Source: Chiloscyllium plagiosum | Lineage: Eukaryota | Assembly: GCF_004010195.1 (NCBI RefSeq) | Contig: NC_057719.1 | Coordinates: forward strand, 20,068,480-20,097,581 | Direction: 5' to 3' | DNA length: 29,102 nt | In this document: piece after piece, positions 19,003 through 29,102 of the stretch | How the letters are laid out: the number at the start of each line of letters is the position of its first letter | How positions within the stretch are numbered: the first letter of the stretch is position 1 | Program-made: the position numbers and the translations under genes | Notes under the pieces: model-generated | What the model saw: the letters and a program-made list of their open reading frames with translations, nothing else | The model's database searches: none | What the model was told of the DNA's origin: nothing

Positions 19003-20966
19003 GATTCGCCTGCACCTTGGATGCTGCCTGACCTGCTGCGCTTTTCCAGCAATACATTTTCAGCTCTGATCTCCAGCATCTGCAGTCTTCACTTTCTCCT
19101 ATTGTATTTCCAGTCAATATTTGGAAAGTTAAAGTCCCCATAACAACTACCCTGTTACTGTCACTCGTTTCCAGAATTATCTTTGCTATACTTTCCTCAA
19201 CATCTCTGGAACTACTTGGAGGACTTCGGAAAAATCCAAAAAGGATAACCTCTCCTTTCCTGTTTCTAACCTCAGCCCATATTACCTCAGTAGACAAGTC
19301 ATCAAATGTCCTTTCTGCCAGCGTCCTTGATTAACAATGCCACACCACCCCCTCTTTTAGCATTTTCTCTGTTCTTACTGAAACATCTAAATCCTGGAAA
19401 CTGCAAAAACCATTCCTGTCCGTACTCTACCCATATCTCTGAAATGGCCACAACACCGATGTCCCAGGTACCAACCCGTTCTGCCAGTTCATCCACCTTA
19501 TTCTGGATGCTCCTGGCATTAAAGTAGACACACTTCAAACCATCTTCCTGCTTGCAGGTGAACGCTTGTGACTTTGAAGCCTTATTTCTGACACCACTAA
19601 TCTCAACCTCCTGGACACTCCAATTTAGGTTCCCAACCCCTCTGGTGAATTAATTTAAACCCTCCCAAAGAGCATTAGCAAATTCCTCTCAGGATATACA
19701 TACCCCTCTGGTTCAGGTGTAGGCCAGCCTGTTTGTAGTGATCCTGCGTACCCCAGCATGAGCCCTAAATATCCAGGTATCTGAAACCCTCCCCCCTGCA
19801 CCATCCCATTGTGACGTGTTCAACTGCTCCCTCTCCATATTCTGCACCTCACTAGCACATGACATGGGCAACAAACCAGAGATAACAGTTCTGTTTGTCC
19901 TAGCACTAAGCTTCCACCCTAGCTCCCTCAATCAGCATTTTCCGACCTATGTCGTTAGTACCTATGTGGACCATAACTTGGGACTGCTCCTCCTCCCCCT
20001 CAAGGATCCTGAAAACACAATCTGAGACATCACGAACTCAGACATCTGGGATGCAAGACACCAACCGTGAGTCTCTCTTGTTCCCACAGAACCTCCTATC
20101 TGTCCCCCTTGCTATGTAGCCCCCAGTGACTAAAGCTCTGCTCATCTCCCTCCGTCCCTTCTGAACAAAAGGGACAGACTCTGTACCAGAGATCTCTACC
20201 TCAGGGCGTACCCCCCCCACCAACAGTATCCAAAATGGTATACTTGTTGAGGGAAATCCTGCACTGCCTGCTGGTTCCCTTTCTGTCCCCCTGACTGTAA
20301 CCCATCTGCCTCTTTCTTGCACCTGAGGTGTGACTACCTCCCTGTAACTCCTCTCAATAACCCCTTCTGCCTCTCAAGTGAACCAAAGTTAATCCAGCTC
20401 CAGCTCCAGTTCCCTGACATGGTTTTCGAGGAGCTGGAGTTGGATGCACTTCTGGCAGATGCAGTCAGCAGGGCCACTCTGCAGGAGGAATGTTCAACTG
20501 CCCTCACCTCCATTCCCACAATCTTAAATTCTCAAAGAGACTGTAGAAAAATAAAGAATAAAAAAAAAGTAGTTACCTTACCAATCCAGCGCACAGAACC
20601 TATTTTCTTTGGTTAGAGGAGGAGGATGGGTGGGAGACACTACCAAAGTAGCGTTTCAGGTAATGCAACCACCCAAATATATTACTTCACTTACTCAGCT
20701 GTCCCATATCCACTCCTGCTCAGCGTGCACTCCGTCTATTCACAAGGTAAGTTTTTAAATCAGTGATTCACCTTCCTGTCAGCTCCCTGGTCAATGCTCC
20801 CACTCTTCCTGCTGCTGAAACAAAAACATGTTCTTATAATTCCAGCAACTCTTCTGTGACAACTTGTTTTAAATTCAACCCTTCAATGATCAGACCTCTC
20901 TCTGCACAGTTTATTTTTCTCTTATTGTTTGCTGTCCGTGTGGCTTCTATTTGAGAGATTGTCAGT

Positions 20967-21280
20967 TTAGATTAGATTCCCTACAGTGTGGAAACAGCCC
21001 TTCAGCCCAAGACGTCCACACCGACCCTTCGAAGAGTAACCCACCCAGACTCATTTCCTTCTGACTAATGCACCTAACGTATGGGCAATTTAGCATGGCC
21101 AATTCACCTGACCTGCACATCTTTGGACTGTGGGAGGAAACCGAAGCACCCGGAGGAAACCCACGCAGACATGGGGAGAACGTGCAAACTCCACACAGAC
21201 AGTTGCCTGAGACTGGAATCGAACCAAGGACTGTGGTGCTGTGAGGCAGCAGTGCTAAGCACTGAGCCACCGTGCCACCC
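20967..21280 (-). mobile_element. Full-length HE1-type V-SINE
   Basis: Head gggtggcacggtggctcagtgcttagcactgctgcctcacagc, B box ggttcgattcca, V-core and tail cacactgtagggaatctaatctaa. Confidence 0.92.
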
Positions 21281-22110
21281 TTAATGCAAGTGTTCTGGGT
21301 CTGCGACCATTAGGAACCATATTGAGAATGCAGTAACATCATTTCACATCAGGTGCAGAAAGCTAGCAAAGTAAATGGTCTCTTATTCCATCAGTATGGA
21401 CCGGGTTCAAAATATTGAACCACAGGTGAAAGTAAAGTGACCTGCATCACAAGCCAATTTCTCAGCTTTATGTTATTTTTATCTCACCATAAAAAAAGAT
21501 CGCTGATTGCATGATTTATTTGCAAATACCGATGACCGTCAATCATGATGACACATTAGGACACATGCTATCCAGTGGCGCTGTTGATTGACCTATAAAT
21601 GATTGGCAATGATTATGTTGAACTGATTGTCCTGTTGCATTCATCGTGTAATTTTTAAAAGAACTCAATTTTGTGTCTCATTGTTTCCTTCATCCCATAA
21701 CATTATCTTTCTCCTTTTTATTTCTCCTCCTGTCTACAATTTTTTGAGTTCACCTTGCTCATCAAGTGTCTGTGTTCTATGCTAGTGAAACGAGAATAGT
21801 TACTACACAAAATCTGAAACCCATTTTTAACCATGAATTAACAAAGGTGAACATTTCTCCTCATGAATTGAAAATATTAAAATGTTACCTTACATGGAAG
21901 AAAACAGAACCTTAAGTGACAGATACCTAAACTCCAGTAATAGGGCTGTAGATGAATGCTGCAAGTATTCTCTATGGATTGTCACTGAACACCAGAACAA
22001 CTCAAAGTGCACATTTTGAGATTAATGAGCTAAGAGAACTGCCCAACCAATGGGGCTATAGGTATCCCAAATCCAATATGGCCTCCCCTCTCATTGGCCT
22101 ATCTACATAT

Positions 22111-22377
22111 AGATTTAGATTACTTAAAACAGGCCCTTCAGCCTAACAAGTCCACACCGACCCTCCGAAGAGCAACCCACCCAGACCCATTCTTCACCTA
22201 ACACTATGGGCAATTTAGCATGGCCAATTCACCTAACCTGCACATCTTTGGACTGTGGGAGGAAACTGATGCAGACATGGGGAGAATGTGCAAACTCCAC
22301 ACAGACAGTTGCCTGAGGCAGGAATTGAATCCAGGTCTCTGGCGCTGTGAGGCAGCAGAGCTAACCACTGTGCCATC
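22111..22377 (-). mobile_element. HE1-type V-SINE
   Basis: Collinear with 20967-21280; tail agatttagatt on the + strand. Confidence 0.9.
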
Positions 22378-22403
22378 AAAAGTAATGTGTTGAATGTTGG
22401 AGG

Positions 22404-22666
22404 AGATTAGATTACTTACAGTGTGGAAATAGGCCCTCTGAAGAGCAACCTTTCCAGACCCATTCCCCTAATACTACAGGTAATTTACCATGGCCAATTC
22501 ACCCTACCTGTACACCTTTGGACTGTGGGAGGAAACCGGAGCAAACCCACGCAGACATGGGGAGAATGTGCAAACTCCACACAGACAGTGGCTCGAGGTG
22601 GGAATTGAATCCAGGTGTATAGCACTGTGAGGTAGCTGTGCTAACCACTGTGCCACCGTGCCACCC
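22404..22666 (-). mobile_element. HE1-type V-SINE
   Basis: Collinear with 20967-21280; tail agattagatt; head ends ccaccgtgccaccc. Confidence 0.9.
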
Positions 22667-23248
22667 ACCATCAGGAGTCAGGAACCCTTCCTGGACACAC
22701 CTGACAAAATCGTCTCCATCCAGACCATCTGCACTAAGGACATTCCAATCAATATTGGGGAAATTGAAGTCACCCACAACAACAACTCTATTACATCTGT
22801 ACCTTTCCAAGATCTGCTGTCTAATCTGTTCATCCATCTCTCTGCTGCTGTTGGGGAGTCTATAGAAAGTACCAATGTACAATTGCAAGGGCCTCAAAAA
22901 AGTGGACCATATTATTTCTACTGATGTGGAACTCCCTCTTGGTTCAGAGGAATGCAGATTGTGTTTAATTTTTAATATTTGCAGGGCAGCATTCTCAAAG
23001 TGAAAACGCATTGGGAGGTAGAAAGGATAAGCGTTCCATCAAATGAAAGTTTGTAGTTTTTGAGCAAGAGCCCAGCAGATATATAGGGTATTACAATGTA
23101 CGAGTTACTCTTGATCTGCAAATCACTTGTTCATGGCAGTTATAGCAGATGTACACACGGTTGTAGTCTCATCTTTTAAATCTGTTTTACTGCACCATGA
23201 ATTAAATCAGCATCAAAAAGTAGGATATGTTGTAAACCAAGTTTGGCC

Positions 23249-23360
23249 AGGTGATGGCCTAGTGGTATTATCTCTTGACTATTAATCCATAAACTCAGCT
23301 AATATTCTGGGGACCTGGTTTCGAATTTGAATTCAATAAAGAATCTGGAATTAACAGTCT
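23249..23360 (+). mobile_element. Family B SINE, 5' half (3' half at 26001-26215)
   Basis: ggtgatggcctagtggtattatc...gactattaatcca...ctggggacctggtttcgaat...aatctggaattaacagtct. Confidence 0.7.
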
Positions 23361-25937
23361 GAAAGCGGTAAAAGAGGAGGAGATGTTGCATTGTTAATTA
23401 GAGACCATATGCTTGAAATGTTGATTCTCCTGCTCCTCTGATTTTGCCTGAGTGGCTGTGTCTTTCCACCACCACACTTTTCAAATTAGAGATTGCATCA
23501 CAGCTGTAGAAAAGGAGGTTGTTGAGGAGGTTTTGTCTGATGAAGTCATTATGGGTAGAAGTCAGTAACAGGAAAGGAGCAGTCACTTTATTGGGTATTT
23601 TCAAAAGACTCCCTAACAGCAACAAAGAGATGGATGAACAGATTGGACAGCAGATCCTGGAAAGGTGCAGATGTAATAGATGTAATGTTGTTGTGGGTGA
23701 CTTCAATTTCCCCAATATTGATGGAATCTCCCTAGATGGTCTCGATAGAGCCAACTTTGTCAGGTGTGTCCAGGAAAGATTCCTGACTCAATATGTAGAT
23801 AGGCCAACGAGAGGGGAGGCCATATTGGATTTGGTGCGAGGCAACGAGCCAGGCCAGGTGTCAGATCTCTCGGTGGGAGAACATTTCGGTGACAGTGACC
23901 ACGACTGCCTCACCTTTACTATAGCCATTGAGAAGGATAGGAACAGACAGTATGGGAACGTATTTAATTGGGCGTGGGAAAATTCTGCTGCTATTAGATA
24001 GGATCAGTGGAGTATAAATTGGGAACAATTGTTCTACGGGAAATGCACAACAGAAATTTGGAGGCTGTTTGAGGAGCACTTGTGAGTTTTGGATAACTTT
24101 GTCCCACTGAGACAGGCAAGGAATGATAACGTGAAGGAGCCTTCGAATGACAAAAGAAGAGGAGCTTCTCGTCAAGAGGAAGAAGGAAGCTTACTTAAGA
24201 TTGAGGAAGCAAGGATCTGGTACAGCTTTAGAGTGTTACAGTGTAGCTAGGAAAGAACTCAAAATTGGACTGAGGAGAGCTTGGAGGGGTCACGACAAAG
24301 TCTTGGCAGGAAGGATTAGGGAAAACCCAAAGGCGTTCTACACTTACATGAGGAATAAGAGAATGATCAGAGGCAGAGTAGGGCAGATAGTGGGGGGAAC
24401 TTGTGCCTGGAGTCTGAAGAGGTAAGGAGGTCCTAAATGAGTTTTTTGCTTCAGTATTCATTAGAAAGAGGGACTTTGTTGATAGTGAGAACACTATGGA
24501 CCAGGTTAATAGGCTTGAACAGATTGATATTAAGAAAGTGGATGTGCTGGAAATTCTGGGAAGCATCAAGATATATAAGTCCCCAGGGCTGGACCAGATA
24601 TATACAAGGTTACTACGGGAAGTGAGGAATGAGATTGCTACACCTTTGATGATGATCTTTGCATCCTCACTCTCCATGGGAGTAGTACTGAATGATTGGA
24701 GGGAGGTGAATGTTGTTCCTCTGTTCATGAAAGGGAATAGGGAAATCTCTGGGAATTACAGACCAGTCAGTCTTACGTCAGTGGTAAGGCATTTGATAAA
24801 GTTTCCCATGGTAGGCTCATTCAAAAAGTTAGGAGGCATGGAATACAGGGAAGTTTGGCTGTCTGAATACAGAATTGGCTGACCCATAGAAGACAGTGAG
24901 TGGTTGTGGATTGGAAGTATTCTGCCTGGAGGTCAGTGGTAAGTGGTGTCCCACAGGGACCTGTACTTGGGCCTCTGCTCTTTGTATTTTTTATAAATAA
25001 CTTGATGAAGAAGTGGAAGGCTGGGTGAGTAAGGTTGCTGATGACACAAAGGTCAGTGATGATGTAAATAGTGTTGAGGACTGTTGCAGACTACAATAAG
25101 ACTTTGACAGGATGCAAAGCTGGGCTGAGAAGTGGCAGATGGAATTCAATCTGGATAAATGCAAAGTGATTCATTTTAGAAGGTTAAATTTGAATGCTGA
25201 ATATAGGGTTATAGACAGAGTTCTTGATAGTGTGGAGGAACAACGGAATCTTGGGATCCATGTGCATAGATCTCTCAAAGTTGCCACCCAAGTTAATAGG
25301 TTGTTAAGAAAGTGTATTTTGTTTTGGCTTTCATTAGCAGGGGGATTGAGTTTAAGAGCCACGAGGTTATGCTGCAGCTCTATCGAGCCCTGGTTAGACC
25401 ACACTTGGAATATTGCGTTCAGTTCTGGTCACCTCATTATAGGAAGGATGTGGAAGCTTTAGAGAGGATGCACAGGAGATTTACCAGGGTGCTGCCTGGA
25501 TTGGACGGCTTGTCTTATGAAGACAGGTTGAATGAGCTAGGCCATTTCACACTGGAGAGAAGAAGGCAGAGAGGTGACTTGGTAGAGGTGTACAAGGTAA
25601 TGAGAGGCATAGATGGAGTAGATAGCCAGAGACTCTTCCATTGGGCAGAAATGGCTGTCAAGAGAGGTCATAATTTTAGGGTGATTGGAGGAAGGAGAGA
25701 TGTCAGAGGTAAGTTCTTTATGCAGAGAGCAGTGGGCGCATGGAATGTACTGCCAGCAGTGTTAGTAGTGTCAGATATGTTAAGAACATTTAAGCAACTG
25801 CTGGATAAGCACATGGACGACAGTAAATTGAGGGGTGTATAGGTTAAGTTGATCTTAGATTAAGATAAATGTTCGGCACAACATCATTGGCGAAGGATCT
25901 GTACTGTGCTGTACTATTCTATGTTCTATGTTCTATG
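23361..25937 (+). mobile_element. CR1 LINE (APE-RT), 5'-truncated and decayed
   Basis: ORFs 23519..24001 (VVVGDFNFPNID, PTRGEAILDLV, HFGDSDH), 24496..24882 and 25112..25842 (RPHLEYCVQFWSP). Internal deletion near 24785. (TTCTATG)3 tail. Confidence 0.95.
23405..23483 (+). mobile_element. 79-bp PLE terminal fragment inserted in CR1
   Basis: atgcttgaaatgttgattctcctgctcc...ctttccaccaccacacttttca is homologous to 10356-10430. Exact 9-bp TSD aattagaga at 23396-23404 and 23484-23492. Confidence 0.8.
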
Positions 25938-26004
25938 ATCAGCCATTATCATATTGGATGGTGGCATATGGCCAAATGGCCTACTCCTGCCTCTCTTTTC
26001 TATG
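25937..26004 (+). mobile_element. Short CR1-type 3'-tail fragment
   Basis: gatcagccattatcatattggatggtgg...aaatggcctactcctgc resembles the 3' UTR at 16369-16440. Confidence 0.6.
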
Positions 26005-26215
26005 ATGACCATAAAACCATTGTCAATTGTTGGGAAAAAAAAATCTGGTTTACTAATGTCCTTTAAGGAAGAAAAGCATCCTTACCTGGTCTAACCTACA
26101 TGTGACTCCAGACCCACAGAAATGTGGTTGACTCTTTACTGCACTCTTGGCAATTAGGAAAAACATTAACTACTCGTCTAGCCAGAGATGCCCACATTTC
26201 ATGAGTAAATAGAAA
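26001..26215 (+). mobile_element. Family B SINE, 3' half
   Basis: tgatgaccataaaaccattgtcaattg...tctggtttactaatgtcctttaaggaag...catccttacctggtct..cctacatgtgactccagacccacag, homologous to 14535-14700. Confidence 0.72.
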
Positions 26216-26904
26216 AATTGTGGTTCTATGTTACACAAAGACAATTTTGCTTTCAATTCTCCAATTCCATACAACATTTACAATGTAGACACACATTTCT
26301 TAATGTGCATGAATAAAAAATGATCCTGCTTTTGACCGAACTTGCGTCTGTGAATTTGATTTTTTCATTGGAGTGGTGTAAATGAATGTGACACTTTGAA
26401 ATGTTTGCCTGGTGAAGCACAGTGGATAATTATTTTATGCAAATTCACTTGCAGCAAATGACTCAACATGCTCCAACTTGAACAAAGGAAAATCTATTTC
26501 TCATGATGGATTATTACACAGGGAGTCCTTCAGTGTGCATATCAATTATTCTTAGATTTTTCTTCTGGAACTATACATGCTCCTTTGCAAAGCACTAACC
26601 TGCTTAGCAAACCATTCATCACCACACATTGATTATCCATGTGTTAGAGACATTTTGAGGGCCGATTCAGAGGCAGGTACTGCTTTTCTATCACTTGTTG
26701 TTGATGGAAAGCTCTGAGGCAGGATGGAAGGTTTAAAAATGATTGTGTGAAAAGAATTTGGAAGAACTGACAGCAAACATCGGTGACAAATATTTGATTA
26801 CAGGAAAAAGAGTTGCATTTAGGTAGTGTCTTTTATCCTGAATGTGTTTACGTCCAATAGATTACTTTTATGCAGGCAAACAGCAGCCACTTTTAATCCA
26901 GAAT

Positions 26905-27244
26905 TATGGAATTTCTGCAGCATGGAAGCAGGTCATTTTGCCCATCAAGTCAACACTAACTTTCTGAAGAACATCCCTCCTAGAACCACCCCATCTCTGT
27001 TACCCTCTATTTCCCATGGCTAATCCAACTAGTCTGTGTATCCCTGGACACTATGGGCAATTTAGCATGGCCAATCCACCTAACCTGCACATCTTTGGAT
27101 GGTGGGAGGAAACCAGAGCACCTGAAGGAAACCTTTGCAGACATGGGGAGAATGTGCAAACTCCATGTAGACAGTCACCCGAGGATGGAATCAAATCCAG
27201 GCTGTGAGGTAGCAGTGCTAACCACTGAGTCACTGCGCCACCCC
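26905..27244 (-). mobile_element. HE1-type V-SINE (subfamily with internal duplication)
   Basis: Two copies of catggc(t/c)aatcca(a/c)cta.(c/t)ctg, followed by the V-core and tRNA head. Confidence 0.88.
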
Positions 27245-27868
27245 AGAATTCAAATTTTGTCAAAAGACAAAACTCTGAAAGCAGGATTTTAGCTTAGCTG
27301 GCATTTTACTAAGGCATCCAAAGAAAGACTACAGTGAATTCCCAATTATAATGCTCTTGGATATAAAGCAATATTTTATAACCTCTGTTTAATTTTTAAT
27401 GTGATTTTATTTGAATCTTTGCCATCTTATTTCCATTATACAAACCAGCAGAAATCATCCATCAAAATTCAACTGTCCACAATTACTCCTAATCTTGGAA
27501 ACTACAATTTGGACAACACTAAACTTGTTGTGAAAATAGCAATTTTGCTGATTTCTTCATAACTTGTTTTCAAGATTGTTTCACACCTCTCAAATCTGTC
27601 AGTCCAATTGGAGAGCCAGGAGCTGGCCAAATATCCACAGTGCCACTGATCATAGTGATCACTGCGGAGGCTACATGCAGGAGAAGAGGGAGCGCCTGCT
27701 TTGAGATGCCTGCAAAGGCAATGGAAGTTTTTGCATTTCTCACGCCAAAGCCATGAAGTTGGCCCTGAACCTGGTTGGGGTGCACTGCTAGAATTGGAGA
27801 CACTGGAATAATTGATGTTGCTGAGACTTTCTGAAGCAGCTCTAAGGGATGCCCCATCCCCTCCTGAC

Positions 27869-28708
27869 CATAGAATAAACATAAACATAGAACTCTTCAG
27901 CACAGTACAGGCTCTCGAAGTTGTGCCAACTTTTATCCTACTCTAAGATCAAACTAACCTACATGCCCTTCATTTTACTATCATTCATGTGCCTATCCAA
28001 GAGCTGGTTAAATGTCCCTATTGTATCTGACTCTACTACCACTGCTGGCTGTGCATTCCATGCACCCACCACTCTCTGTGTAAAGAACTTACTTCTGACA
28101 TCTCCTCTAAACCTTTGTTCAGTCACCTTAAAATTATGCCTCTGTGTGATAACCATTTCTGCCCTGGGAAAAAGTCCTAGTCGATCCAACCACTCCTTAT
28201 AACTGAAACCCTCCAGCCGCAATACATCCTTGTAAATCTTTTTTGTACTCTTTCCAGTTTAATATAATCCTTCATCGAGCGGGGCGACTGGAATTGTTTG
28301 CAGTTCTCCAAATATGGCCTTAACAATGTCTTGTACAGCTGTAACATGATGTTTGAACTCCTGCACTCAATGTTCTGAACAAATGCCTTCTTCATTCACC
28401 ATGCTGTCTACCTGTGACGCCACTTTCAAGAAACTATTAGCTTCCACCATAGGCGCAGGTTTGATAACACTTCCCAAGACCAGACCATTGACTGTGTAAG
28501 TCCTGCCTTAACAAAATGCACCACCTTGCATTTATCTGAATTAAACTCCATCTTCCTTTCCTGTGGCCCAGATGACCAACATACCATTGAACTCTTTGAT
28601 AACGTTCTTCACTGTCCACTATGCTACCAATTTTGGTATCGTCCATAAACTCACTAACCGTGCCTCCTATATGCTCATCCAAATTGTTTATATTAATGAC
28701 AAACAACA
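27869..28708 (-). mobile_element. CR1 LINE 3' fragment
   Basis: LFVININNLDE..SEFMDDTKIG, RPYLENC and RGDVRSKFFTQRVVGAWN. Tail catagaataaacataaacatagaac. Confidence 0.9.
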
Positions 28709-29102
28709 TTGGTGTGGGAAAGAGGGATTCCACTTCATGGGGCATTGGCATCACTTTTGGAACCGGGGGGATCTGTACCGTTGGGACGGTCTCCACCTGA
28801 ACCGATCAGGTACCAATGTTCTAGCGAAGAGGACAAATAGGGTGGTCAGTAGGACTTTAAACTTCTGAGTTGGGGGGAAGGGAAAGTGAAAGCGACAAGG
28901 AGTATGGAGTTAAATGGAAAGGTAAGCGGCAGGATAGCATGTGTGCAGGCAGATTTAAACTTGAGACAGACTGGGAATGCAGCAAAAAGGAAGGATAACT
29001 TAGGACATCTTATGACTTCCAATATCTCTAATGATAAGAAAGTTAGCATTAAGGCACTTTACCTGAATTCGTAACAAAGCAGATGAACTAATGGCACAGA
29101 TC
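28709..29102 (+). mobile_element. CR1 LINE: ORF1 C-terminus (SGNH esterase) and ORF2 start, runs off the window
   Basis: WCGKEGFHFMGHWHHFWNRGDLYRWDGLHLNRSGTNVLA (DxxH motif), then KVSIKALYLNS..NKADELMAQI (APE start). Confidence 0.88.

Larger units (their letters stand above)
18213..19099 (-). mobile_element. Penelope-like element: GIY-YIG remnant between ~285-bp inverted arms
   Basis: ORF 18451..18852 contains CIRCTRCSLLDIGETGRLLAERFREHL..VAEHFNS..LIFRLGTLQPQGMN. Arms at 18213-18496 and 18773-19064. Perfect 14-bp TSD tattgtatttccag at 18199-18212 and 19100-19113. Confidence 0.93.
16441..20760 (-). mobile_element. Near-full-length but inactive CR1 LINE (5'UTR, ORF1, ORF2 APE-RT, 3' tail)
   Basis: ORF1 relics: CICQKCIQLQLLENHVRELELELD (Zn finger/coiled coil) and RALVTGGYIARGTDRRFCG (SGNH/GDS block). 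ORF2: KCVYFNARSIQNKVDEL..VAISEIW (APE) and SGVPQGSVLG..KFADD (RT). Tail tagaacatagaaca. A deletion of about 0.6 kb at 17987/17988 and a PLE insertion at 18213-19099. Confidence 0.93.
22061..22880 (-). mobile_element. CR1 APE-domain fragment interrupted by two HE1 SINEs
   Basis: 22675-22880 encodes FYRLPNSSREMDEQI..VVVGDFNFPNIDW..FVRCVQEGFLT and continues at 22110-22061 as YVDRPMRGEAILDL. Confidence 0.85.

Noticed and set aside
20962..21284. Recurrent ORFs such as CLCGVCTFSPCLRGFPPG / MGNLAWPIHLTCTSLD, and tRNA-gene calls
   Set aside because: These are chance translations of HE1 SINEs. The A/B boxes are SINE heads without a full cloverleaf.
26437..26465. Octamer ATGCAAAT next to AP-1-like TGACTCA as an enhancer
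   Set aside because: Short motifs like these are expected by chance in AT-rich DNA, and there is no independent support.
27502..27903. Two overlapping minus-strand ORFs (133 and 95 aa) in moderately GC-rich unique sequence
   Set aside because: No recognisable domain or splice pattern, and the longer one starts inside a CR1 tail.
28563..28868. 101-aa ORF as a novel esterase fusion
   Set aside because: Artefactual read-through from the antisense of one CR1 RT into the ORF1 end of a different, oppositely oriented CR1.

Overview
Repeat-dense, non-genic (intergenic or intronic) vertebrate DNA, almost certainly from a shark or ray: it carries many HE1-type V-SINEs and HER1/CR1-type LINEs. I find no intact host gene. 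Nearly all ORFs in the track are decayed retroelement fragments or their antisense shadows. Contents: about 9 CR1 LINE pieces (one near full length, with a Zn-finger/esterase ORF1), one Rex1/Babar LINE, one RTE LINE, 7 HE1 SINEs, other tRNA-derived SINEs, a 5S rRNA pseudogene, a 256-N assembly gap, and several Penelope-like element (PLE) relics. Most notable: (1) the PLE arms carry minimal hammerhead ribozyme cores, and four insertions share an asymmetric fold-back design, three with target-site duplications (TSDs); (2) an internal, intron-less RPL4 mRNA fragment lies antisense inside an HE1 SINE; (3) a probable gene-conversion tract links two inverted CR1 copies. These are variants of known element classes; I see no convincing wholly new protein-coding system. 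Family names come from recognising motifs by eye, not from database searches, and boundaries are approximate unless a TSD is given.
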